Numbered from the stretch's first letter, positions 52,941 through 64,000 are shown. The stretch is DNA of 64,000 nt from an uncultured Gemmatimonadales bacterium (GCA_963793305.1 CAWBZV010000005.1:288001-352000), one strand, 5' to 3'. Numbers and translations: made by a program. Notes: generated by a model not told the origin, from the sequence alone.

Positions 52941-54424
52941 GTGTTGTCTTTGTGGTAATAGGGCACGCCAGGACCGTGAGGAATGGCGATGGCCAGACCG
53001 CCGCTCACCTCGGACCACTCGATTCCGGCATACAGGTCGACACGCTTGGTCAAGCGATGATCGGCGTAGAATGACAGCTCGTTGAGAGTACCCGCGCAGG
53101 ACGCGCGGAAGCCGATGGTGGGGTCGGACGAGCAGGTCGACGGACCACGACGAAAGTCGTTCTGCAGCTGATTGTAGTAGGACAGCGTGAAGTCGGTCTT
53201 GCTGTCGTACGTATACTTCGCGCCCGTCCACCAGATATTCACGATCTTGGGCGAATCGAGATTGTTGTCTTCGACGCCGCTCAACAGATACCCGCCCTGG
53301 ACCGAGGCGCCAACGCCCAACGGGTTCGCGGGGTTGGTCTGCCAGATATACTCGTAGCCGCCGAAGATCTTGAATTGGGCCGACGCATATTTGGCGGCGA
53401 CCATCACGGCGGTGTTGTCGGTGATGATGCCGTACACGGTGTTGGCCGGGTCAATCAGATTGGTGCCGCCCGTGATGGGGTTGGTATTGATGCTGTTGGT
53501 CGTCGACTGATATGACCCCTTCACCGCCTGAGGCCCCAGCAAGGGATTGAGTATGCTGATCGCCTGGTTGTAGTGTTGCCAGACGACGTCGGCGGAGAAC
53601 CCACTGTACGTTCCACCGAGGTCGAATCCATACGCGGTGTTGTGCGGCTGTTCCGGCGTGCAGTTGCCCGCGGTCCAGTCTGTCGAGTCAGAGAAGCAAC
53701 CCCCAGTACCGTCGGCGAATTTGAACATCGCGCCGAAATGCACCGGACCATAGGCGAGCCGATATTTCAGGGCGTTGTCCCAGCGCGCATCCTGCGTGTC
53801 GCCGCCGCCGGCCATCGTGCCGTTATACCCGATGTATGAAAAGGCATAGCCGCCGCCGGCCGGATCGTACTGGAGCATCGCATCGGTACCCAGCGCGCGC
53901 TGACGACCAAACGTCAACGTGCCGAAATGCGTCGAGCCGATACCGCCGTAGAATTCGTCATTGAAGGTTTGACCCTCGCGCGAGCCGTCGATGGTAGCCG
54001 TATAGCTGCCCCGGGGAAGGCCGCCTTGGGTGGCCATGGTGGCTGGCGCACTGGCGAACTGGCCTGACTGCGGATTGATGCCGGTCGAAAGGTTGAACAC
54101 AGCGAACCAATCGTGCAGGAACTCTTCCCGGCCCCTCAAGCCCAGACCCGTCTGCTGCAGGTTGTTCGGTGCAATGAGCCATTGGGGGTGATTGCCGTTC
54201 CGGTTCACCAGTGCTTCGCCTTCATAGTTGTAGCCGTTCTCTGGTAAGCCGTGGCTGACCCAGCCCACACCGACGTCATACGCGCCGTACAGGGTGATGC
54301 CGTGCCAGGTCAGTGGACAATCGCTGGCGAAGAACTGCTGAACACTCTGGCAAGCTGCCGAGGCCTGCGCCTGCGCGCGAACACTACACAGGATGCCGAC
54401 CGCTACAACGACAATTTTCCTCAA
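52907..54424 (-). CDS. Gram-negative-type porin
   Basis: TTG start with GGAGG RBS, signal peptide, ITLYGAYDVG, FGTLTFGRQ, C-terminal Phe. Confidence 0.8.
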   Translation of the reverse strand: MRKIVVVAVGILCSVRAQAQASAACQSVQQFFASDCPLTWHGITLYGAYDVGVGWVSHGLPENGYNYEGEALVNRNGNHPQWLIAPNNLQQTGLGLRGREEFLHDWFAVFNLSTGINPQSGQFASAPATMATQGGLPRGSYTATIDGSREGQTFNDEFYGGIGSTHFGTLTFGRQRALGTDAMLQYDPAGGGYAFSYIGYNGTMAGGGDTQDARWDNALKYRLAYGPVHFGAMFKFADGTGGCFSDSTDWTAGNCTPEQPHNTAYGFDLGGTYSGFSADVVWQHYNQAISILNPLLGPQAVKGSYQSTTNSINTNPITGGTNLIDPANTVYGIITDNTAVMVAAKYASAQFKIFGGYEYIWQTNPANPLGVGASVQGGYLLSGVEDNNLDSPKIVNIWWTGAKYTYDSKTDFTLSYYNQLQNDFRRGPSTCSSDPTIGFRASCAGTLNELSFYADHRLTKRVDLYAGIEWSEVSGGLAIAIPHGPGVPYYHKDNTAPVIGARFAF

Positions 54425-54461
54425 CGTTCCCTCCGAGGTGCCTTGTTGGGAACGTAAGGTA

Positions 54462-54848
54462 TTATCGTCGTGCTTTTCTCGCGACCATGATCTCGGTGGC
54501 CTTGATGACCGCCAGCGCCTCGACACCCTCTGATAGACCAAGTCTTTCGGCTGACGCTTTCGTGATGACCGCGACGACCTCTTGCGGTACGAGCGCGATC
54601 GCGACTTCGATCATGAGCCCGTCAGACCTGAGCGACCGTACACGCCCTCTCAGTTGATTGCGCGCGGAGAGGTCGATACCACCCGAGGCCTCGGCGGGAG
54701 CGGCGAAAATAGCGGCGCTCGGAAAGAGCCACCGACGACCGTGTCGCACCGTCGGCAGCTTGCCCTGCCGCGCCAAGAGTTGCACGCGCTTGATGTGCAT
54801 GTGCAGGAGATCTGCTACCTGGCGCGCCGTTAAGAGATCGTCAGCCAT
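54462..54848 (-). CDS. Excisionase-type HTH plus TOBE (molybdate-binding) regulator
   Basis: LLTARQVADLL...RHGRRWLF; LSARNQLRGRV, AVITKASAERLGL, AVIKATEIMV. Confidence 0.88.
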   Translation of the reverse strand: MADDLLTARQVADLLHMHIKRVQLLARQGKLPTVRHGRRWLFPSAAIFAAPAEASGGIDLSARNQLRGRVRSLRSDGLMIEVAIALVPQEVVAVITKASAERLGLSEGVEALAVIKATEIMVARKARR

Positions 54849-54917
54849 GCCGCACAATAAAGGGTTATGTCCCCATGCCAAGCACTCGCATTCCGGGACC
54901 GGCCCGTGCGTCGTAGT

Positions 54918-55736
54918 ATGGGAAGCAACGTGACGCTCACGTTCTTCTCCATGTGCCTCGCCGCGGCCTCAATGGTCGCGGGTCTGGTCGGCGCCCTCAC
55001 GGGTCTCGGTGGCGGCGTGCTCCTCGTGCCCCTCCTCACGCTCGGCTTCGGGGTCAACGTCCGGTATGCGGCCGGTGCGTCGCTCGTCTCGGTGATCGCG
55101 ACATCATCCGGCGCCGCGGCCACCTATGTGCGCGACGGACTGACCAACATCCGCATTGGAATCTTACTGGAGGTCGCGACGACGCTCGGCGCCGTCGCCG
55201 GCGCGCTCGTCGCCGATCGACTGTCCGCCGGCGTCATCGCCGTGATCTTCGGCGTCGTCCTGCTCGGCTCCGCCGTACGCACGCTCGCGCCGGACGCCGA
55301 ACCCGAGCCCGGGTCGCCGAGTGATCCCCTCGCCGTTCGGCTCCGACTCCATCTCGAAGGCCACTATGCCGTGCAACGGGTCCCACTTGGCTTCGCGATG
55401 ATGGGGATCGCCGGCGTACTCTCGGGATTGCTCGGCATCGGCTCCGGTGCCTTCAAGGTACTGGCCCTGGATCGCGTCATGCGGTTGCCGTTCAAGGTGT
55501 CGACGACGACGAGCAACTTCATGATCGGCGTGACCGCCGCCGCCAGCGCCGGCATCTACCTGCGTCACGGCTACATCAATCCCCCGCTGGTGTGGCCGGT
55601 CATGATCGGTGTGCTGGCGGGGGCGCTCGTCGGGGCGCGCGTGCTGCGCAATGCCCAAGTCGTGGCATTGCGGCGGATCTTCACCGTCGTGATCGTCGTA
55701 CTCGGGATCGAAATGATCCTCAAGGGGGTGTCGTGA
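54918..55736 (+). CDS. TauE/SafE (TSUP) family exporter
   Basis: GALTGLGGG, SGLLGIGSG, STTTSNFMIGVTAA. Confidence 0.9.
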   Translation: MGSNVTLTFFSMCLAAASMVAGLVGALTGLGGGVLLVPLLTLGFGVNVRYAAGASLVSVIATSSGAAATYVRDGLTNIRIGILLEVATTLGAVAGALVADRLSAGVIAVIFGVVLLGSAVRTLAPDAEPEPGSPSDPLAVRLRLHLEGHYAVQRVPLGFAMMGIAGVLSGLLGIGSGAFKVLALDRVMRLPFKVSTTTSNFMIGVTAAASAGIYLRHGYINPPLVWPVMIGVLAGALVGARVLRNAQVVALRRIFTVVIVVLGIEMILKGVS

Positions 55737-56044
55737 GCTCCCTCGAGCGCACGGTGAGCGTGGCCCTTCGGGGTGGTGTCCTGTTGGCCGCGGTCATCGC
55801 GGGCGTCGGCGGGGTCGCGTATCTCGCCGCCCACGGATCGGAACCCGCGTCGTTCGGCGCGCCGCCGGCACTCCGACCGGTCGGTACGAGCGAGCAGATC
55901 CTCGCCATCGGCGTGCTCGTGATGATCGCGACGCCGGTCCTCCGCGTCGCATTGCTCGTCATCGCGTTCGCGCGTCAGCGCGACGTAGTGTTCGCGGGAC
56001 TCAGCGCGTTCGTGCTCGCCGTGTTGTTGGTCAGCCTCGCGTGA
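55733..56044 (+). CDS. DUF1634-like membrane protein
   Basis: GVLVMIATPVLRV; GTGA-coupled to the TauE gene. Confidence 0.8.
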   Translation: MSSLERTVSVALRGGVLLAAVIAGVGGVAYLAAHGSEPASFGAPPALRPVGTSEQILAIGVLVMIATPVLRVALLVIAFARQRDVVFAGLSAFVLAVLLVSLA

Positions 56045-56916
56045 GGACCGACACGAAGGCGCGCACCGCGGCCGACCGCTCGCTCCGCATCGTGATCCGA
56101 TGCAATGGCCGCGTGATCTTGAGGTCGGTCAGCTCGAGGACCACGAGCCGCCGTAGCGCGAGCATGTCCTCGATCGCGGCCCGAGACACGACCGAGAGGC
56201 CCACACCAGCGGCGACGATCCGCTTGATTGTCTCGACGCTGTCGGCGGCGAGCGTGCGCTGGGGAACGATGCCGCGCGATGCCAGCACATCCAGCACCGT
56301 CCGCCGCGTACCGGATCCCGGCTCCCGCAGCACGAACATCTCGTGTGCCAGTGCCAATGTGGCGATCGGCGCCTGCGGCGCGAGGGGGTGGGACGGGGCA
56401 CCGATCACGACCAACTCGTCCTGGCGCCACGGCACGATCCGGAGCCGCGGGTCGTCTGGAACGGGCGCCTCGGTCAGCCCGACGTTCGAGCTCGCGGTTG
56501 AGCAGGCCGGTGGCAACGTCCCGCGAGGGGGCGGTGTGGAGAGACACGTCCACCGCGGGATGTCGCGCGTGGAATGCCTGGACGTGCGGCGGTAAGAGGT
56601 ACGTGGCGATGGTCGGGCTGGCGCCGATCCGCAGCGCCCCGGCGCCGATCCCTCGAATCGCGGTGAGCGCCTCCTCGGCCGCCCGGGCCTCGGCGAGAAT
56701 CGTGCGCGCGTGGCCCAGCAGGACGAGCCCCGGTTCTGTCAGGTGCACACCGGCCGGTCCGCGCTCCACCAGGGCGACGCCTGCCTGGTGCTCCAGATCG
56801 CGCACGCTCTTGGACACCGCCGGCTGCGTCAAGCCGAGCTGCGCGGCGGCGCGCGTGAAGCTCCCCTGGTGGGCGACCGCGACGAAGACGCGGAGCAACC
56901 GAAAGCTGAGTGCCAT
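56031..56916 (-). CDS. LysR family regulator, CysL-like (+1 frameshift near 56485)
   Basis: GSFTRAAAQLGLTQPAVS, IGASPTIATYLLP, REPGSGTR, ETIKRIVAAG. Confidence 0.9.
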
Positions 56917-56992
56917 AACGAAATGGAATGGCGAGGTAACGGGATTCGCAATTGTGGGCATCCGTTCCCGCCATATAAGCTCCTAAGACCCT

Positions 56993-59900
56993 ATGGTCCG
57001 CTTCGCGTTACGCCAGCCGTACACCGTCGCCGTCCTCTGCGGCGTGTTGATGCTCATGGCCGTGCTGTCGGGACAGCGCATGGCCGTCGACATCTTTCCG
57101 TTGATCGACATCCCGGTCGTGGCCGTCGTCTGGACGTACCCCGGAATGCTGCCGCAGGACATGGAGAGCCGGGTCGTGCTCCTGAGCGAGCGCGGCCTCT
57201 CCTCGACCGTCAACGGCATCTCGCGCATCGAGTCGCAGTCCGAGTACGGCGTGGGTCTGGAAAAGGTGTTCTTCCAGCCCGGCACCAACATCGCCACCGC
57301 CATTGCACAGATCGTCGCCTCGTCGCAGACCGCCATTAAGGCAATGCCACCCGGTATCACGCCGCCCTACGTCATCCAGTCGAACGCGTCGAACGTCCCC
57401 GTCGCGCAGCTGACGCTGTCGTCCGAGACGATGTCCGAGCAGAACATCGCGGACTACGGCCAGAATTTCATCCGACTCCGGCTCTTCACTATCCCCGGGC
57501 TGGCCACGCCGCAGCCGTACGGTGGCAAGATCCGGGAGATCACCGTCGAACGTCGACCCCAAGCTGCTCAATTCGGCTGGCCTGTCGGCCGCCGACGTGC
57601 TCGCGGCGCTGCAGCAGTCGAACATCATCCTGCCGGCGGGGACGGCGCGCATCGGAACGCGCGAGTACGACGTGGCAATGAACTCGTCGCCCTCCAGCGT
57701 CGCCGCGTTCAATGACATCCCGATCAAGGTCGTCAACGGCGCCCTCGTGCGCATCGGTGACGTGGCCCGGGTCCGCGACGGGTTCGCCGAGCAGACGAAC
57801 ATCGTGCGGGTCGACGGGAGGCGCGCCGCCTATTTGAGCATCTTGAAGAAAGCGGACGCCTCGACGTTGTTCGTCGTCGAAGGGACGAAGGCGATGATCC
57901 CGCAGATCAAGGCGGTCGCCCCGCACGGGCTGGAGATCCGGCTCGACTTCGACCAGTCACGGTTCGTCCGGGCCGCGATCAGCGGCGTCATTCGCGAGGC
58001 CGTCACGGCGGCCGTGCTCGTCGCGCTCATGATCCTGGCGTTTCTCGGCAGCTGGCGCAGTGTGGTCATCGCCTGCATCTCGATCCCGCTGGCGATGGCG
58101 ACGGCCGTGATCGGCCTCAACGCGACGGGCAATTCGTTCAATATCATGACGCTGGGAGGCCTTTCCCTGTCCATCGGGCTCCTGGTCGACAACGCCATCG
58201 TGACGATCGAGAACGTCCACCGGAATCGCGCGATGGGGAAGCCGCTGACCGTGGCGATCCTCGACGCGCTCCAGCAGATCGCGACCCCGGTCGTTGTGGC
58301 CACGCTGGCGATCTGCGTCGTCTTCTTCCCGGTCGTCCTGCTGCAAGGACCAGCGCGCTTCCTGTTCATTCCGATCGCGCTCGCGGTCGTGATCGCGATG
58401 CTCGCGTCCTACTTCTTGTCGCGGACGCTCGTGCCGACGCTGGCTCGCATGATGCTCGGTGCCGAGCCCGTGCACGATCCCGAGGGGATCGATACCGGCG
58501 ACGGGGTCGCCCATCCGCCGCCGGCGTCGGGCTTCTGGCATACGTTCAACAACGCGCGCGATCGACACTTCGCGCGATTTCAGCGGGCCTATGCCCGCGC
58601 CCTGACGGTGCTCATCCAGCACCGCTACTTCACGCTCGCGACGTTCGCCCTGGTACTGGTCGCCAGCTTGGGACTCGCTCCCGTCATTGGCCAGGATTTC
58701 TTTCCCGCGACCGACGCCGGCCTCATGAAGCTCCACTTTCGCGCGCCATCCGGTACGCGGATCGAGCACACGGAGCAACTCGTCGCGCAGGTCGAGCAGC
58801 GCATCCGGCACATCATCCCCCCGGCCGAGCTGGGCACGATCAACTCGACGATCGGCATTCCCGGCTCGCTCAACCTGGCGTTCGTGCCCACGAACAACGC
58901 CAGTGGCATGGACGCGGAAATCCTGATCGCGCTCAATCCCAATCACCACCCGACGGCCGGCTATGTCAACCAGATCCGCGCGGCGATCAGCGCGGAGTTT
59001 CCCGGGTCGACCGTGTACTTCCAGACCGCCGATATCGTCGGGCAAGTGCTGAACTTCGGACTCCCGGCGCCGATCGACGTCCAGATCCAGTATCCGGATC
59101 TCGGCCGCGCCTATGAAGTGGCGCGCACGCTGCGCGACCGGATGCGGGAGGTGCCCGGCGCGACCGACGTGACGATCAAACAAGTGCTCGACTATCCGAC
59201 GCTGTACCTCGACGTCGACCGCCAGCGGGCGGCGGAGCTCGGCATCACCCAGCGCGACGCGGCCAACAGCATGCTCATCTCACTCGCCTCGAGCGGTCTC
59301 GTGTCGCCCTCGTACTTCGTCAATCCGGCGAACCAGGTGAGCTACCTCGTGGCGGTCGAGGTCCCGCTGCCGCGCATGACGTCGACACAGGATGTGCTGA
59401 ACACGCCCATCACCGCGGCCGGACATTTCAAGGAGACGCTCCCACCTTGGGCCGTGACCAATCCGCAGCCCCAAGCCCCGGTGCAGACGCTCGACAATAT
59501 CGCGCACATGACCACGACGGCCGCGCCGGCGGAGATCGATCACTACACCGTCGCGCGCGTCCTCGACGTGCTGGCGAACGTCCAAGGGCGCGATCTGGGG
59601 ACCGTTGTCGCCGGTGTCGAGCGGCAGGTCGCCTCACTCGGTACACTGCCTCCCGGCATGCAGATCACGGTGCGTGGGCAGGGCAAGGTCATGAACGATG
59701 CGTTCAGCAATCTCGCGGTTGGATTTATCGTCGCCGTGCTCCTCGTGTTCGCGCTGATGGCCGTCTTGTTCCAGTCGTGGATCGACCCCTTGATCATCAT
59801 GGGCGCCGTGCCGGGCGCCGTGGTCGGCATTCTGTGGATGCTCGTCCTCACCCACACCACGATCAACATTCAGTCGCTGTTGGGCGCGATCATGGCCGTC

Positions 59901-60266
59901 GGTATCGCGGTCGCCAACTCCATCCTCGTCGTCAGCTTCGCCAACGATCAGCGCGTGGAGCGGAGCCTCGAGCCCGAGCAGGCCGCGATCGAGGCCGGTA
60001 AGACCCGCCTGCGTCCGGTGCTCATGACCGCCGGCGCGATGGTACTGGGTATGCTACCGATGGCGATCGGCGCCGGCGAGGGTGGCGAGCAGAACGCGCC
60101 GCTCGGCCGCGCCGTGATCGGCGGTCTCTGCATGGCGACCGTCGTCACGTTGCTCGTCGTCCCCGTCTTGTATACTGTACTCGCCCGGAAGCTCCCGGGA
60201 GCCTATCGCGTCGTGCGGCGGTTCGAGGCCGAATCCCAGGGACTGGAATATCATGAGTACCAGTAG
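56993..60266 (+). CDS. RND efflux permease (+1 frameshift near 57549)
   Basis: DIFPLIDIPVV, GLLVDNAIVTIEN, RLRPVLMTA, APLGRAVIGGL. Confidence 0.92.
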
Positions 60267-61377
60267 GTTGTATTTGGGCGGGGCGCTCATCGTACTGGTG
60301 ACGCTTGGCGCGGTGGTGTTCTTGACCGCCGAGCACAAGAGTTCGCTGACCCACGAGACGACTGCCCGTGTCGCCAATGTCGATGCGGGACCCCGGGTCC
60401 AGGTGGTGGCGGCCGAGGCGGGCGGCGGAAACCGCGACCTGGTACTCACCGGCGAGTCACGGCCCTATTTCTCGGCCACGCTGTACTCCAAGGTCAGCGG
60501 TTATCTCACCACCGTGCGGGTTGATAAGGGGGACCGGGTCCACACCGGCAATGTGCTCGCAGTCGTCGAGTCGCCCGAGACCGACGAGTCGTATGCGTCC
60601 GCGCTTGCCGATGCCAAAAACAAACGCGAGATCGCCGACCGCGATGCCCAGCTTATTGCACGCAAGCTGATCGCGCCCGAAGAAGCCCAGACTGCGGAGG
60701 CGGACGCGGCCGAGGCCGAGGCCCACGCGCGCGCGCTGAGCACGCTCAAGGGTTACGAGGTCATCAAGGCGCCCTTTGACGGCGTGATCACCGCGCGCTA
60801 CGCGGACCCGGGCGCCCTCATGCAGAATGCGCAGACCTCGCAGACGAGCGCGCTGCCCGTCGTTGCCGTCGGCCAGATCGATTCGTTGCGGATTTTCATC
60901 TACGTCGACCAGGCCGATGCCGCGGATGTGCAGCGCGGCTCGCGGGTGACGATCGTGGATCCGTCGCATCCTGGCCCGCTGATCCATGCCCGTGTCACCC
61001 GGTACACCGGAGAGCTGGATCCCGCGACCCGCACGCTCCTCGCCGAGATCAACGTCCCCAACGCCAAGCACCAAGTCGTGGCGGGCAGCATCCTGCAGGT
61101 GACGCTGGAGGTGCACTCGGTGCCGTATGTCCGCGTGCCGGCCGAGGCGGTATTCGCGCGCGGCTTCAAGAACTTCGTCGCCACCGTCACACCGACCAAT
61201 CAGATCGCCTTCCGCGAGGTACATGTCGTCGACAACGACGGCCTGACCGTGCGCCTAGCCCCCGGCGATCTCAGTCCCGGCGACCGGGTCGCGCTCAACC
61301 TTGGCGACTCGGTCCCCGATAGTCAACGCGTGCAGCCGATCGGCGAACCCTCGCCAGCAAGCCGCGCCGGCACGTAG
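60253..61377 (+). CDS. RND membrane fusion protein
   Basis: SKVSGYL..VDKGDRV, IKAPFDGVIT, LDPATRTL. Confidence 0.92.
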   Translation: MSTSRLYLGGALIVLVTLGAVVFLTAEHKSSLTHETTARVANVDAGPRVQVVAAEAGGGNRDLVLTGESRPYFSATLYSKVSGYLTTVRVDKGDRVHTGNVLAVVESPETDESYASALADAKNKREIADRDAQLIARKLIAPEEAQTAEADAAEAEAHARALSTLKGYEVIKAPFDGVITARYADPGALMQNAQTSQTSALPVVAVGQIDSLRIFIYVDQADAADVQRGSRVTIVDPSHPGPLIHARVTRYTGELDPATRTLLAEINVPNAKHQVVAGSILQVTLEVHSVPYVRVPAEAVFARGFKNFVATVTPTNQIAFREVHVVDNDGLTVRLAPGDLSPGDRVALNLGDSVPDSQRVQPIGEPSPASRAGT

Positions 61378-61383
61378 TCCCCT

Positions 61384-62784
61384 ATGCGACATCGATCGTC
61401 ACTCCGCGCCTTGGCCCTGGGTGCCTGCCTATGGCCCGTCCTCGCGCTCGGACAAGCGCCGCCGGCGCAGCCCGAGAGCTTGTTTCTCACCCTGGACAGC
61501 GCCGTGGCGATCGGCGTCAAAGGCGCGACCCCAGTGCTCCAGGCGCAGGATATCTCCCGCCTGTCGGGAACGCTCGTGCTCGAGCGGTACGCGCAGTTCC
61601 TGCCCGATCTCCGCACGGGCGGCCTGTTCGACCAGTACTCAGGCAACCTGCTCCTGAGCCAGCGCGACATCCATCCGACCGACACGCGGTTTCGCGAGCT
61701 CGGGTACCACGTGTCGTCGAGCCTCAACCTGTTCAATGGGTTCGCCAACGTCGCCGGCGTCAAAGCGGCGCTGGCGACGCGAACCGCGGCCGACCTGACG
61801 CTCACCCGCGCGCGACAGACGATCGCGCTCGATGTGACTCAAGCCTACCTCGGCGTCACCCTCGATCAGCAATTGGTGACGATCGCGCGGCAGAACCTCG
61901 CCGCGTCCCAACTGCGTGTGGTGCAGCTCCAGGAGCTGGTACGGGTCGGCAAACGCCCGCCCGCCGACCTCTATCGGCAGCAAGCGCAAGCCGCCGCCGA
62001 CCTGTCGGCGTTGGAGGATGCCATCAACCGCGTCCAAGCCGACGAAGTGGGGTTGTTGGAGCGCATCCGCCTGGACCCCCATTTGCCGGTCCAAATTGTC
62101 GAGCCATCACCCGACACCGCTGCACTCGGCCCGCGCTACACGAACGTCGACGCGCTGGTGCACGACGCGACCGCGCGTCGCGCCGACCTGTTGGCAGCCG
62201 ACGCGAACCTCACGGCGAGCCGGGAGGACATCACGCGTGAACGGAGCGGCTACCTGCCGCGCGTGGATCTGGGTGCCAGCGTCTTCAGCCTCGGGCGGTT
62301 CTTCGACTACGCGAACACGAACGGAACCTCACTCCTGACCGCGCCCCAGACGCCGCTCATAGACCAAGTCGGGCACAACACCACCGGCGAGCTGTGGCTC
62401 GGCCTCAACTGGTATGTGTTCGATCAGTTCCGGACCCGACTGGCCGTGGAGCAGGCCCGCGTCTCGTACGACGCCGCGCAGTACGCCGATCAAGACTTGC
62501 GTCTGGGAGTGGCCGGCGATGTGGTTCGCGCGCTCGCGGACTATCGGACCGCCGTCAATCAGTTCATCGCATCGCGCGCGGGACTCGATGCGGCCCAGCA
62601 GGCATACGATCTGGTCAACGGGAGGTTCGAGGTCGGATTCGCCAGCATCGTCGACGTGACGACCGCGCAAGCCGCGCTCGTGCAAGCCCAATCGCTCCGA
62701 GCCCAGGCGACCTTTAATGTGGCGCTTCGAAAGCGGGCCGTCGGATACGCGTTGGGACTCGATCCGACGGCGCCGCTCCCCTAA
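61384..62784 (+). CDS. TolC family outer-membrane efflux protein
   Basis: Signal peptide, DVTQAYL, GYLPRVDL, RFEVGFASIVDV; third gene of the RND operon. Confidence 0.88.
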   Translation: MRHRSSLRALALGACLWPVLALGQAPPAQPESLFLTLDSAVAIGVKGATPVLQAQDISRLSGTLVLERYAQFLPDLRTGGLFDQYSGNLLLSQRDIHPTDTRFRELGYHVSSSLNLFNGFANVAGVKAALATRTAADLTLTRARQTIALDVTQAYLGVTLDQQLVTIARQNLAASQLRVVQLQELVRVGKRPPADLYRQQAQAAADLSALEDAINRVQADEVGLLERIRLDPHLPVQIVEPSPDTAALGPRYTNVDALVHDATARRADLLAADANLTASREDITRERSGYLPRVDLGASVFSLGRFFDYANTNGTSLLTAPQTPLIDQVGHNTTGELWLGLNWYVFDQFRTRLAVEQARVSYDAAQYADQDLRLGVAGDVVRALADYRTAVNQFIASRAGLDAAQQAYDLVNGRFEVGFASIVDVTTAQAALVQAQSLRAQATFNVALRKRAVGYALGLDPTAPLP

Positions 62785-62793
62785 GGAATAGGG

Positions 62794-63813
62794 TTACTTC
62801 TGAGCAGTCTGTATCTGGCTCAGACGCTGGTCGAGCATGGCAACGATGCTCTCGGGCAGCGGAGCGTAGTCGAGCGCCGGCGCCTCTTTCTCGCCATCAT
62901 GAATGGCCCATTTCACGAAATCAATGAGCTTCTTGCCCTTCGTCGCATCGGCGAACGTCTTCGGGATGAGCAGGTACGTGAACGACGAGATCGGATACGC
63001 ATCCCCGCCCGGCGCATTCACGATCGACACGCGGAAATCTGTCGTCGAGGGCAGCTTCGCCGACGCGGCAGCGGCCGTCACCGCGGCGACCGACGGCTCG
63101 ATGAACTTGCCCGAGGCATTCTGCATTGACGCATAGGGCAGCTTGTTCTGGCGAGCATACACCAGCTCGACGTAGCCGATCGCGTACGGCGTCTGCTTAA
63201 CCTGGCCGGCGACGCCTTCGTTGCCCTTACCGCCGATACCCACTGGCCACTGAATTTCCTTGCCCTTGCCAGGCGCCTTGGCCCAATCGGCGCTCACAGC
63301 CGTCAGATAGTCGGTGAAGATATACGTCGTGCCGCTCCCGTCCGAGCGGTGCACGACCAGGATATCGTTGCCCGGCAGCTTGACGCCCGGGTTGAGCGCG
63401 GCGATCGGCGCGGCGTTCCACTTCACGATCGTGCCGAGGAAGATCTTCGCCAGGACATCGCCATTCAGCCGGAGCGCCTTGTCGACGCCGGGCAGGCTGT
63501 ACGTGATGACGACGGCGCCGAGCACGGTCGGAACGTGAAGCACAGGCGTCTTGAGCTTCGCCTGCTCGTCATCGCTCATCGGCGCATCAGACGCGCCGAA
63601 ATCGACCGTGCCCTCGGTCAGCTGGCGAATGCCGCCGCCGGAACCGATCGACTGATAGTTGATCTTGACGCCCGTCTTCGCCGCGTAGTCGGCGAACCAT
63701 TTCGAGTAAATGGGATACGGGAACGTCGCTCCCGCTCCCGTCAAATCGGCACCTTGCGCTGCCGCTACGCTTGCGGCCGCCGCGAAGAGAACGCCGGCTA
63801 GACGAATCGACAC
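62794..63813 (-). CDS. pstS: Phosphate-binding protein PstS (second copy, cleavable signal peptide)
   Basis: GTG start with GGAG RBS, AAA-Q, GAGATFPYP, HRSDGSGTT. Confidence 0.96.
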   Translation of the reverse strand: MSIRLAGVLFAAAASVAAAQGADLTGAGATFPYPIYSKWFADYAAKTGVKINYQSIGSGGGIRQLTEGTVDFGASDAPMSDDEQAKLKTPVLHVPTVLGAVVITYSLPGVDKALRLNGDVLAKIFLGTIVKWNAAPIAALNPGVKLPGNDILVVHRSDGSGTTYIFTDYLTAVSADWAKAPGKGKEIQWPVGIGGKGNEGVAGQVKQTPYAIGYVELVYARQNKLPYASMQNASGKFIEPSVAAVTAAAASAKLPSTTDFRVSIVNAPGGDAYPISSFTYLLIPKTFADATKGKKLIDFVKWAIHDGEKEAPALDYAPLPESIVAMLDQRLSQIQTAQK

Positions 63814-63869
63814 ATGTCTCTCCGTGAAAGAAGTGCCCGCAACTTAGGTGTGGCAGTCTCCGTCGCGGC

Positions 63870-63886
63870 GTAACGCGTCGGTCACG
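63870..63886. promoter_or_regulatory. Pho-box-like motif upstream of the second pstS
   Basis: GTAACGcgtcgGTCACG; -10-like TAAGTT on the minus strand at 63841-63846. Confidence 0.5.
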
Positions 63887-64000
63887 CCGAGGGAAAGAAT
63901 GCTGATACCGTCGTCCCGCGGCCCGGTTGGCTCTCGGCCTTCACGGATCCGCCATGTGCCTCAACGAGATGCCTGACGATGGCCAGTCCCAGGCCCGTGC
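63882..64000 (-). CDS. Sensor histidine kinase C-terminus (PhoR-like by context), partial
   Basis: Manual translation ...[38 protein letters not shown] (HATPase G2 box). Confidence 0.8.
   Translation of the reverse strand, partial: TGLGLAIVRHLVEAHGGSVKAESQPGRGTTVSAFFPSA

Noticed and set aside
54462..54848. Excisionase of a second mobile element
   Set aside because: The HTH is fused to a TOBE domain, and no integrase or att site is nearby

Overview
This is a high-GC bacterial chromosome window. Gene order and protein style suggest a diderm Gemmatimonadota-like organism, which is inference only. It is mostly housekeeping: glmM-glmS-dtd, LPS heptosyltransferases and a kinase, an FHA-GAF adenylate cyclase, trpE, lspA, tig-clpP-clpX-lon-engB, degP, dnaK, deoC-ppk1, an ECF sigma/CBM48 cluster, ppx-phoU-pstBBACS, two porins, a TOBE/TauE/LysR/RND block, a second pstS and the tail of a PhoR-like kinase. 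The main accessory feature is a ~5.2-kb element (28345-33582) integrated in tRNA-Leu(TAG). It combines an HUH rolling-circle Rep, a tyrosine integrase lacking the usual first catalytic Arg, an excisionase, four more small DNA-binding proteins, a small membrane protein and a very acidic 50-aa protein. It has replaced the tRNA 3' half with a variant copy and shows no recognisable capsid, conjugation or cargo genes. Other signals are a 23-bp x ~10 tandem array between tig and clpP, an in-frame repeat insertion in glmM, a perfect CRP-type site inside a long inverted repeat before clpX, a shared Pho-box-like motif before both pstS genes, leaderless promoters and apparent non-canonical starts. Twelve genes carry +1 frameshifts (13 events, four in the context TCGAACGTC), most likely sequencing or assembly errors. 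All calls come from motif recognition by eye; no searches were run.
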